Origin: the human T2T-CHM13v2.0 reference genome, Homo sapiens
Length of the DNA stretch: 64,000 nucleotides
Reading direction: 5' to 3' (one strand)
Assembly: GCF_009914755.1 (NCBI RefSeq)
Contig: NC_060936.1
In this document: positions 1-11,920 of the stretch, piece after piece
Layout: the number at the start of each line of letters is the position of its first letter
Numbering within the stretch: the first letter of the stretch is position 1
Position numbers and translations under genes: made by a program
Notes under the pieces: model-generated
Databases searched by the model: none
What the model was told of the DNA's origin: nothing
What the model saw: only the letters and a program-made list of their open reading frames with translations

Positions 1-879
1 CGAGTTACAAGACAGCTTTGTTAGTAGAAGAGTTTGCTTTCAGAATTGGAAGAAAGGTCTCCTCAAAGGAGTCCTGACAAGCAAACTAGGCTCTCCTCCA
101 GACAGAAGGGGGTAAGAGTGAGCCTACAAAAGGCAGGTGAAGACAGGTACCTGGACAACATGTGCTAGGTCAGCCTACCAGCATTTCAACACTTATGGTC
201 ATCATCTCTCTGTAAATAAGAACTATTGCTGGGGATACATTTTGTGAATTTGTTAGGATAAATGATTGGTAAAATGTTATTTTACCAGTTGAAACATGAC
301 TGTATTTGGCACATTTTGTTAAAATAAAAGACCTATAATGGTTTATGTGCTAAACCCTGTGACCCATCTTTTTTTTATTTTTATTCTAATTATTTGCCTG
401 TGATAATAACAAAATAGCGATACATTTTACCTTTTAAAGTTGTGTTTGGAGAATAATTCATTGAACTAACACATTTGGCTTAATTGCAGCCCCAGCTGAG
501 AAGAAATGGCCTTTTCTTGCTCATCTCAGAACATAATTCAAAGATAATTCAAATAGAAAAGAAATTTATGCACAGTTAGCCTCCAGAATTTGTGTGGTGC
601 TGTTGAGCTGTGCAACCTGATTAAGCAGCCTGCTAGGAGTGTGCTACTCTCTTTTTGAACTAAGTTCCATGAGGGCAGGAAAGATGTCTATCAACAACTC
701 TTAGCTCATAGCTCTAGAAGGTGGTTGCAGGTTGTGGGCTTTTAGCAGGTGTGTTGTGGTCATGCCTCAGTCTAAATGAGCAGTGAACTTTGGCTTAACT
801 CAACTTCAGAAATGCTGTGTGATCTTCAACAGTTGACACTCCTGGTCCTGTAATGCCCCTGGAGCATGATGAATAGTTT

Positions 880-1437
<558 letters not shown>

Positions 1438-4400
1438 AATGGTGACTATTTCTATTATCATTATGACTTTTAATAGTAATAATACTTCTGGGATTGTTAT
1501 TATTATCATTATTAATCGTATTAATGATTATGCAGAAGGTCCAAAATTTTTCCCTATGGATAATTTAAGTAGTAGAAATCAAAAGATGCACGCATCAGAT
1601 ACTTTTCTGCCAATAAAACAGGGCCTACAAAAATAAACGTGGACAATTTCAAGTTTTCAATGTGATTCACTGGAGACTTGTATATCATCACAAAGTTTCA
1701 GTAAACACTTTTAATTTAAAAAAAAAAGTCTTAAGGTAACCCAAAAGGTGAAAATTTTGAAGATTCACAAAATGTTATTACTCATATCTAACCAATATCA
1801 ATTATTCAGGTGAGATAGAAATAAAAAGTCAATTAAAAGCTAGATATTTCTACCCTCGTTGCCAAGAATCTAGGTGTCTAGCTAATGATCTTGCTCTTTC
1901 CCTTTTTTGGGGTACTTGATATTATGAAATGTTTTGTTATTGGCTGCTTATATTGCTGGTAGTAGTGATTATGGAATACAATTTAAAATTATTAAATATT
2001 GTGAGGAATGGAATTGATCAGAATGAAGGCTTTCCATAAGAAAATACCTTGCTAGTTGAAAAGCTCCAGTGAGCTTCCAGGACATCTTCATGGGGCTGGC
2101 ATGTGATATGAAAGCAGGCAGCTGGGTCTCAGGGCCATTGAAAAGTTATGGTCTTGCTGCTAAACAAGAGAAGAGTAAATAGGCTTGTATTTGTCTCTAC
2201 AGCATATGGCATTGCACAGAAAGAAAAGTCAGATGTTAATTAAACCTTTGCAGGGTTGGAATGGGTCATCCCATTCTGTACTAAAAAGTCAGCTTTGACC
2301 TTTAATTGCATGTCCCCCCCAAAAGACCTGTAAACATATTTGCTAAAAGGTTCTTATTGCATCCAAGACTCCTTTCAAGTAAAAAGAAAAATATTTTTTC
2401 TTTGTATTTGGAAGAGCTCTAATGACAATACAGCCTTTATTGAAATAATATCTTGACTGTATATTGATACCTTTCATTTAATGTTTACCTTTTCCTGTGG
2501 ATTTCCTTCTTTCACAAAGCCTTTCCTCCATGGAAATGCCGACAGTAAATTAACATCCATGCTTTGGTGTATTTTATGGTGTTTCATTTTAAATATTCAC
2601 ACTTGGATTAAAATCCAACATCATCTACGTTTCATGTGTTTAGCATATAGTAGAGGCTAAATAAATAGCAGTTAAAAGAAAGTAATCTCACTAGAATTAT
2701 AGCCACAATTTCCTAGATTTCATTTCCATTCTGTCAGCCCTCCGTGAAGTTGGTATAATTTCCCTTCAAATGGGCGAGATTCGGAATTGTTCACAGTCAC
2801 AAGTGAGAGAACAAAATAAGAGAGATTTTCATTTATAAGATTGCCTTTCTCTTATCTATTGGTCTTGCCTCCCAGACTGTCTGTCTGTCTCTGGAAAGCA
2901 AAGTCAATAAAAATGATTAGAGTTGACATCTCACAAATGTACACCCTTAAACCATGAAGCAGTAATGCTGTGCAGGAAATATTTTTCTGACCTTTTCAAA
3001 TTGCATCCAACTGTCTCGGGAATTTCTCAGTGACTAGAGATAATAAGGTTCAATCAATTTTACCGGCTGGCTTCAAATTTAGTTCCTCTGAAGCTCTAAC
3101 TTATCTATTCTTTGCATCTTCGTCCCAGCATCCATTCGGCACAGAAACCCATGCATCTAATCTTTCTTCCCCCTTCTCAGGTTCTTGCTAAAGGATCACA
3201 CTGTGGAATCTACAACCATGACAACTTTCCACTTACTGCTCCCTTGAAAAACAAAATATTAGCACAAGAAGATTAGTGGACATGTTGTCTTTGAGAAGCC
3301 CTGGTTGAACTTAATTAGCTTTTAAATTTCATCCCATCTTACATCTCAGTTTTTACCTATGTGATTTATGCCTCAGTAATCTTCATTCTGTAAAACTTTT
3401 TCAACTTAACCAAACCATGGGCATTCTCTCGAATATTAAAGCGGCAAAAATACGTGAATTTCTTTTATGTTAAATTAATTTTGCTTTTTCTTCTGTGAGT
3501 CCAAATGCAGCAGACATACTCCCCTAGAAAGGAAGGGAGTCAGCCAAGTGTGACGTGTTAAAAGGCAGCTGGGCGGCCTCTTCACCGTGTTCCCTGAAGG
3601 AGAACAGAAAACAGAAGCTGGGGACACATTTCTTAACCTCATGAAAGTGTTGGATGTCAGGAAGCCTTGACAAGAAATTAAAAAGCTTGTCTTACTTTTT
3701 ATATTTAGAGCATCTCCATGTTGACTGTGATTCTGGGGAGATATCAGTGTTTCCTCATTTGTAGGACACACCAAATTCAATAGCATTCTCTGCTGTGTTG
3801 TTCCCATCCATTGCCTCTGTACTGACTTCTGCAGAGGAGATTAGAATCTTGGCTGGAATTTCCTGTGGTCAGTGGAGCTTGGAGCCTCTTTCTGGCTTGG
3901 AAGGCATGTTCATGGGCAAACAGCCACCAGGAGGAAAAAGTCTTTTTGAAGTTACCCTTTTAAGAGTCTGCATTTTCTTGTACACTAATTATCAAGTTTG
4001 ATCGTCATAAGATACTTGACTTTATAAAAATGAGATTATTTCAGACAACCCTATTTAGAAAATAGACTTGGGAAAAAGGAGGTGAAAAGCAGACATTTTA
4101 ATATTTACAACACTGTATTTTTTTTTCCTGAAGAAACTGTATATTCATGCCAAAGTTCATCTTCATAATATGGCTTGTCTTTTTCACTTAAAACAAGGTG
4201 CTTAACGTTTTTGGTCAAAGTTAAAATAGAATACACCAAGTTATGTTTAAAAATAAGCTGCTATTTCATCATTTGAAATTTTATCTGTCTTGATAATAGA
4301 ATCACAGTCCTGATGTTCTTTTATGACTTGGGTGTTGTTAGATGGCATTTTGTTTAGGAAAGATGGAGTATTTTGGCAGTTTTGCAAATCAGATTTACTT

Positions 4401-4999
4401 GATATTTGCAATGCAACTTAATGTTTTTATCACTAGTCAAGGAAGAGTGAAGACTTTCAGGTGCAGTAATTAAAGCTGTCTGTTTCTTGAGTGGAGTTGC
4501 AGTACACCTGAGAGGTTGTTAATTCAGCTGTGTGTATGTCTGCATGTATGTGTGCAGCCATGTGTGAGGTGTGCATACTCACTTAAAATCGGGATTGGAA
4601 GGCAACAACTCTGAAAACAAATAGAGTCTATTTTCTCCCTGTGGATGCCACCTCTTAATAAATTGGAGACTTAGCTATACCTATGAAACCCTTTCAGAAC
4701 ACAGAATGGCTTAGCTGATTGCTCTAATTATTACACGTTTAGTGCCTCCTCTTTCCCATTTCTGAGATATATCGTCTTTGCTTCAGAACCTGGAGGTAAA
4801 ACAAAGTCCATGTTTAGACTTCCCATTGCAAGCATAAAGTGATTTGAATCTGGTAGAAGAACACAGTGAAGTGATGCTGGGGGTCACTTTGTACTGGGGT
4901 TGTTTTGCTTTGCTGGGTGTGCTTAGAGTTTGGAAGATGGCTGTGGAATGAATCAGGTAGAGAGGCACAAAGGGAATAGGTCACCTAATTAACAGTGCC

Positions 5000-5155
5000 A
5001 ATAATAATAATGGCTGATTCTTACTGGACAACTACTACTTACCGGATGTATCACAGATAACTCATACAACCTCACTTAATCTTTACAGGAGCCCAATAAG
5101 ACAGGCACAACTATCTTCGACTTATAGGGAGAAAAAGTGAAGCTTAGAGAGGGAG
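5000..5155 (-). mobile_element. MIR fragment
   Basis: ctcacttaatctttacag ... ataggggagaaaaagtgaagcttagagaggg resembles the antisense MIR core. Confidence 0.5.
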
Positions 5156-6268
5156 ATTGTATAAAAAAATGATTTTTACATGGAAAGGAATGAAACAATC
5201 TATTCGTTGCAATCGTTGGTGTTTTTATTTTTCCTCCTCTACCTTTTCCTTCTCCTTTCTACCCTCTTCCTTCATCACCTCCTCCTCGTTCTTCTTACTT
5301 AGCTTCTCCTTCTCTTTATTTTTCTTTTCTCAAACACAGAATGAAATGTGGCCAGGTTGTTAAAGCACTGTCCCATTGGGTCTTGGTCAACAAGTACAGC
5401 TTGTTCTCCTTCGTCATGGAGTTGCTCTTAGTAGAGCTACTTATTTAATTATTTTGGAAGTTTGATAAGGGCTAAGAGTTCTGGCCGATGGCTTATTTAT
5501 CATCACATACTTTTCATTAACTTAAAAGACGAACACAGGTGGCAGAGTATGGTGATTATATGCTGTCCCTCATAAGCTCACATTCAAATCTGCCTTCTAT
5601 CTTTTGTCTGTGTTAATGATTGTTCAGGGTTAAAAGGCAGAAAGAATGAATTGAGGATAGCAGATGTCCAAAGATATTTTTGTGAGTAACTCAGTAAAAC
5701 CTGTTTCTATAAAAAGAATGTGTTACTGTATCAGGATATCTAGGAAATTAAATTTTTTTCAAATATACAGCTGAGTTTTTTTTTCTTCTATTTCCCTCAC
5801 ACATCAGTATTACAAACATAAATTCCTGATTGCTAGAGCAGGCTTGTTTTTGTGATGTTAGCTCAATGGAGATATTGATGCCCTGGGATTCAATTTCACT
5901 CTTATAGTGATGCCTAATATACTTCAATTTGTGTCTCAGGGAAGGGGCTTGGTTATTTATTCTGGGTAAACTGGGCTTTTTGTGTTGCCACAGCATCACT
6001 TAGACTCCTGATACTGAGGCCAGCAACCTGATGGGGCCTCATTTGTTCCCAGGCGTAACAGAAGGAAAGAAAATGGATTCAAATCTAAGCAGAGTAGTAG
6101 AATCTCAAAAGCTCTGTCACCAACACTCACTGCAAATATACTCTTCCTAGAGGGAATGTTCTGAAAATTTGGTCTGCATCTCACTTGTGATAAATATCCC
6201 CTTTAAAAAAATTCACACAGAACGACACAAGAAAGGCAGCATGGTTTTAGATGCAAATATGATTTCGA

Positions 6269-6272
<4 letters not shown>

Positions 6273-6303
<31 letters not shown>
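6273..6303. repeat. (TC)n microsatellite
   Basis: About 15 TC units seen directly. Confidence 0.95.
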
Positions 6304-6308
<5 letters not shown>

Positions 6309-7720
6309 ACATTGGGTCTGGGGTCTTTTGAATATGCATGTGATCTCAGTTTAGGGTTCATGAATGACTTTGTGTTTTGCATAAGGCCCTTTTGATTTCC
6401 ACTCCTACTGTTATCGGAAATAAACTCAAAATTGTATAAACAAACAGAGTAAATTGTTCTGAAACTATCTGCCACGCAGAGTTCATCTTCAACACTTTGC
6501 TTTCTATTATTGCCAAAGGAAGGGAAATGACAGCATTGGCTTTAAATCTGTAAATTTAGTAGTGGGGCACCAGCCTGTGCTTCTGTGATGTACTGGTAAT
6601 CTCCACTTACTGTCAGAGCTGCAGCAGTATTTATTTTTCCTTAATTGGAACCCCACTGATATCCTGTGGGATTCCCCCCACCCCTCCCCTTGGCAAGGCA
6701 ATATATCCATATAGACCTAGATCATAAACGCCATGGTCTATTGTAATATTATAGTCAGGAATATCAACACTGGGATCAAAATTAAACCAACGTCCAGTTT
6801 CTAGACTGCCTTTAGATATTATTAGGAACTCAGGATTTTTCTCAGTGTTTATCTTTGAAGTTACAGAAATGTCTGCAGAAGCTCAAATTGAATATGCTTT
6901 ATCACAGTGTTTCCTCTTCTGTTTTAATTCTTCATTTCATTGCTTCTAGAAGTGTGGGGATGACTGATTACATTGCAAACTATTACGCATAATGAACAAG
7001 TAAACAACAAACACGAGTGGTATGGGCACTCTATATAGAAATGTTATTTTAAAAATACCTTCATCCTTTCTAGGTGAACAAATATAATAAGATGCCTGGA
7101 AAGCCTTAATTTTATTAAAGTTAAATTCATTAAAATTAAGTAAATCCTTTTTATCTTAACTTTTGGTGTCAAAACAGGATTTGTTACCTTGGACATCAGA
7201 GAGCCACTTCGTTGTCTTTATTTATGGTTTCAGCATTTGCTTTTCCCATGTGCTATTTTCATTTTTGTCATTGAAGTTCATGAAGACTTAATAATTATCC
7301 CTCTAATTTTCCAGAAAAAAAAGTTGATTTATTGAACTGACTGCAGAAAAAGAAGAAGAAGAAGAAGATCAATCTGACATTGTAGGTTAATAGTAGGGAA
7401 CAAAACACGTTCATAATTAGAAGAGAAAAGGACTTTCCTTGTTCATTCCAGTTTATAATAAAAAGCCCCTCGCTAAAGTGTCTTAGAAAATAATGCATTC
7501 AGACTGAGTCGAATTACCGCCTAGCAGATTCTATTTATCTGTAGCTTAAAAAGCAGCTGCGTTTTTGTAAAAAGCAATGAATGTGGCAGTCCTACTTAAA
7601 GGTAGAAGAAAAAGAACACCCCTTGTTTTGTAATAAGGGGATTTTCAATTTAAAAGAGAGAGCAAGACTGTTGTGTGAAGTAGGGTTATTACATTCACTG
7701 TATTCTATCTCACCCACCAG

Positions 7721-7882
7721 GAGGCTAATAATGAAGGGGCCGGGAAGGAGGCCAGTGCTACCAGGGTTATCTCACAACCTCAGATGCTGGATAAGTCGAC
7801 GGAGGCAGAATCGCTTTGGGATGACATTCAGAAAGCCTGGAGTGATTACTTGCAAGAGAAAAGCCTACCTATTCTTTCCAAG
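7721..7882 (+). ncRNA. RMST: Probable RMST internal exon (162 nt)
   Basis: Acceptor tattctatctcacccaccAG|G at 7720/7721 and donor AAG|GTaaac at 7882/7883. The body is purine-rich with higher GC than the flanks. An alternative acceptor cctcAG|ATG lies at 7783. Confidence 0.6.
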
Positions 7883-7980
7883 GTAAACAGTTCATTTCAT
7901 CTGTCAGTGGCATGTTTCAGTATACAAATATGTTTATATAAAGATATCTATAAAGTTTTCCTTTTAAAAAATCATTTTAG

Positions 7981-8231
7981 GTGCAGGAATATTCCCCTGA
8001 CCTGCTCATCCAGTGGTCCAGTAATGAATTACTGGAGACCTGCCTTAGACAAAGAATGCACTCGGAGCCCCAACACACCTAAAGCCATGCTTTGAAGGAT
8101 CTGCCAAGCTCACTTTTAATCATGAGAAAGAAATTACCCACACGGAGTCAGCAGAAAATGAGAAAGTAGAGCTCGTGCTGTGAATAATTCCAGCAAGTGC
8201 CAAGGGGCTAGTTGAGGAATGGCTTCATGAG
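7981..8231 (+). ncRNA. RMST: Probable RMST penultimate exon (251 nt), candidate back-splice donor exon of circRMST
   Basis: Acceptor ttttccttttaaaaaatcattttAG|G at 7980/7981 and donor GAG|GTgaat at 8231/8232, after a 98-nt intron. The donor position agrees with my recollection of the circRMST junction about 2.8 kb upstream of mir-135a-2 (unverified). Confidence 0.6.
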
Positions 8232-8814
8232 GTGAATATCTTTAGCTTGTACTTAGGGTTTGGTTAGCGTATAATCATTTTCTCTTTTAGGAGCAATGAC
8301 TATCATACATGTATTTCCTAACTAAAGAGTGCTCAGAGCATTTGTCAGGTTGTTGACAGATTTAATATCAGTCTTGCCCATGTTGTTATTTACTATGACT
8401 AATTTTACGTTTGTAAATATGCAAAAATCAATTTAGGCGGAAAGGCTCTCCTCCGAGCCAATGACTGCTACTAGCTGTATGCATTTGTGTGTATTGCTGT
8501 GAGTGCATGTCCAGTAGTTTATGTCTCTGTGTCTGTATGTGCCCTTGTTCTGTCTTCTCTCTGTTGTGAACGCAGGTTGGGAGAATTAGCCAACCATTGG
8601 GTTCTCAGATGTGGTCCCAGGCTTTCATTTGATTTTTGGAACGGGAAAAAAAGAACGTGTCACATCATGATTAATGGTGAATCTGAATTTTCAATTCACA
8701 TGAAAGGAGGAAGGGGAGGGGATATGAGTCAAGTGACAAGACTAACCTTTTCCCTTTGGGACGAGCATGATTCAAATTAAACATCACTTTCAGTGTGAAA
8801 TTAGTTTGAAGGCT

Positions 8815-8841
8815 TTTTTTTTTTTTTTTTTTTTTTTTTTT
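8815..8841. repeat. Poly-T homopolymer (~27 nt)
   Basis: Seen directly; no adjacent SINE body. Confidence 0.9.
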
Positions 8842-10994
8842 GTGCCTGGTTTAACTCCTTGGTGGCTGCTCATTCAGAGAGGATTGCTTCCATCCCAGCT
8901 CCGTGCCCAGGTCTACTCCCAGTAGCCCACAGTTCCTCCTCCTTTGTTTTTCTAAAGATCAGGTCCAGGAAATGAATATTTTACCATTTCAAAAGCTTCA
9001 CTCCTCACAAGATAAGATTCTCCCTGAAATGTGTGTCCCAAACTAATGTTTTAATACATTAAATCAATCAATCTGTTAATCAATAATAACATTCTTCTTT
9101 TTTTAAAGATAATTTTGCCAGGGAGGAGGGAGAAAGGAAGCAAGGGATCCTTTTGAAAGGCATTTTGAGTGCCCTCCGCTTGGTGCCAGTTTTTGCTGGC
9201 TGAGTGCGCCACAGAGGAAGAACAGCAACAAAACTCCCAAGTTCTCTCCTGAGTCTCTAGTTTCCCACATAACAGTCACAGGATTGCCATGCCAACCTTC
9301 AGCAATGTTGGCTTTCAGCAAGCATGTGCCTCGACACTTTAAAACTGCCCTTCAGTACTGATCCAAAGGATGCAGGTCCAAACTTGTAGAAAGAACCCGC
9401 TACCTGAGCAAATGCAAGGCTGCCTTCCCATGTATCCACATTCTTGATGCTACCATTTAAGCATCAGCAGATTTGATATGTGATTGACTCTGTTTCTGGA
9501 GTTTGGTGGCTGGTGGAGAAAGGGAAAGTGTTGAGCTGGCTAAGAAACAGTGTTATTCTTCTAGTGTATTTTCAAAGGGAAAATGGTAGGGCTCTTGAAC
9601 CCCTTCCCTAATGGAAGGAGAGATGTGGTAGAGGAGCGGTGGGGGTTGGGAGGGTAGCTGGTGGGGAGAGCTGAGCCAGCTGGGGGAGGAGGTAGAGGTG
9701 GAGTCTGGGAGGTAGAAGGTGGAGGCAGATGAGCAGCTGTGTTTATTTTAAAACATATCATTTAACCCTCACCTAAAAACAAATTGGAGAGGTTTGGGAG
9801 TGCATTAATCTGGACCCAATTAGCATGTCTTTCTCCTTCAAAAGTGCAACCTGAGATTAATGAATATAAACTAGAGTTTCAGATGCAGTGCTTAAATCAT
9901 TTGCATGTTTTCTGCATGATAATTGAATTTATGTATGCACTTCCTTTCGTTTAACTATTTCCAGTCTCTTCCCTGTGATTCACATAAACCAAGATGTCAT
10001 GGTAGTCACCTCTAGATGGAAATAGCTTGCCTAGCCTTTACTCCTAAGGAGGAACTCAAGTTCTTGTTTCTTTTATTTGAATTTGAATAATGCATTTTTA
10101 AAAAATAAAGCAGAGGGCAGTGCTTAATAGTCTGGAATGCTGTTTCGGGAGTTGGTAGATAGGCACCTCAAGTTTATTTTTTAAAGTCCAGATAAAACCA
10201 TTGGGATTTATGGTATTGAGTTTTCAGTGGTACAGAGAATTGGGTTTCAGCATGGCCACTTATAAGTGTTTTAATAATACCAAGAGCAATGTCACTTTAA
10301 TGCAGCATGAAGAATGTTCTTGGTCTTTGGACCTGAGTTATTTAGATCACTGAGAGATTTCAGTGCATAGTATTGTTTCTGGCATCGTTCTCGCTTTTGT
10401 AGATGGGGTTGGGGATGCATCTCTATAAAAGGCTGTAGGTGAGCAGTTAGCACATAGTATGCTATACTTTTTTATTTCCTTTTTGTTATTTAGGTGTAGA
10501 GAAAGCTTAACGCTTACATAGTCAAACAGGTACTAAGATCCCGACTCCCCACCTGACCCAAAATGAAAAGTCTAAAAGCCAGCATGGGTATGTAAGAAAG
10601 CTTTCTGGGGAAAAGTTGGAGCAAGAGGCTTGAAATAATTCCTCTGGTTTCAGTTTGCATCAGTGATTTGTCTGTCTTCTGTCTTTCCGTATGTGTTTCC
10701 AAGTTCAATGTCAAAGTGATGAGCATTTCTCCAGGAATTCTTCCCAGTGTCCTTTGTTTTTGGTGAATTCAATGGCTGAATGTTGCTGAGTGTCTCTTGG
10801 TCTTGTTTCCCGGTCCTTGTAGCTAAGAATGTCGTGGAAGGATAAAATCTTGTTAATTCGTGATGTCACAATTCAAGTGTGCTTCCTGTCACTTATGTGT
10901 AGTTTAAAATGTTCTTTAATGTAGCGTGAAATGATTGGTTAGCTTTGAAATGGTTGTGAAGTCATGTGAAGAAAATAAGTTTTGCATCCGACCA

Positions 10995-11094
10995 AGATAA
11001 ATTCACTCTAGTGCTTTATGGCTTTTTATTCCTATGTGATAGTAATAAAGTCTCATGTAGGGATGGAAGCCATGAAATACATTGTGAAAAATCA
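10995..11094 (+). ncRNA. MIR135A2: pre-miR-135a-2 hairpin; mature miR-135a-5p 11017-11039, 3p arm ~11055-11076
   Basis: TATGGCTTTTTATTCCTATGTGA is miR-135a-5p. The star arm ATGTAGGGATGGAAGCCATGA and the flanks AGATAAATTCACTCTAGTGCTT / ATACATTGTGAAAAATCA are those of the a-2 paralogue. A CNNC motif (CATC, 11093) lies ~17 nt past the 3p arm. Confidence 0.98.
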
Positions 11095-11634
11095 TCAACT
11101 AAGAAGGGGCCATCAGTATAGAGAACGTTAGCCTGTGGAGCTGTGAATGTGATGGAGACAAGATTTAGTGTATAGCTCTGCTACCTGCCTGGTGTTCCTT
11201 TGAGTTTCTTTATCCTTAGATTTGACAGCTGAGAAATCTAGGTGGATTCATATTCGTAATCATTGATTAACATGCACATTTGGGTTTGCACATTTTTGTT
11301 TATCATACATTTTTCTCCGTTTTCTATTAAAGAACATGCTCTAGGGGAACTATTAATAGCCCACCAGTCGGGTAGGCAGCATTCAATCCTTCTATGCCTT
11401 CTTTCGCCACCTGTTGAGGTCTTTCTTCTGAAACAAAGAAGAAATAGACAAATCAGACTTGCCCTCTTGGAAATGTGGTCCAGATTTCTCTACTCCCAAG
11501 CTCCAAAAAAGGTATACATTGGATGGGCTAGATCAACTCCTCCTGAGAGCCATAAATCCGCCAAGAGTTGTTTTCCATGTAAGGGTGTGGTACAATGGGG
11601 AACACCTGATGTTGGAGGAAAGCAGGAGGACTTT

Positions 11635-11815
11635 AGAGTGGAGTTGCATTCTAATCTCTCTGCCGCTTCAACTATGTGACCTGGGGCAAATGATATAAAC
11701 TCTATGAGCCTCTTTCCTTATCTTTAAAATGAAGAGAAGTAATACCTACCTTGTAGGGCTGTTGTGAGGATTAAATGAAGTAATGCATACAGTGCCTAAC
11801 AAAGTATTTAACATC
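11635..11815 (+). mobile_element. MIR SINE
   Basis: tgtgacctggggcaaatga ... tccttatctttaaaatg ... taatacctaccttgtagggctgttgtgaggattaaatga. Confidence 0.85.
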
Positions 11816-11920
11816 ATATTTTTTAAAAGCTCATGAAATATTAGTTTTTCTTCCTTCCCCTCTTTCTATTTTCTCTCCTGTTCCCTTTTCTCTCCCTCCT
11901 CTGCCCTCTCCTTCCTTCAG

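Noticed and set aside
7784-8095. Unspliced 103-aa ORF from the track
   Set aside because: It runs through a 98-nt AT-rich segment bounded by GT...AG that looks like an intron; the spliced versions are reported instead
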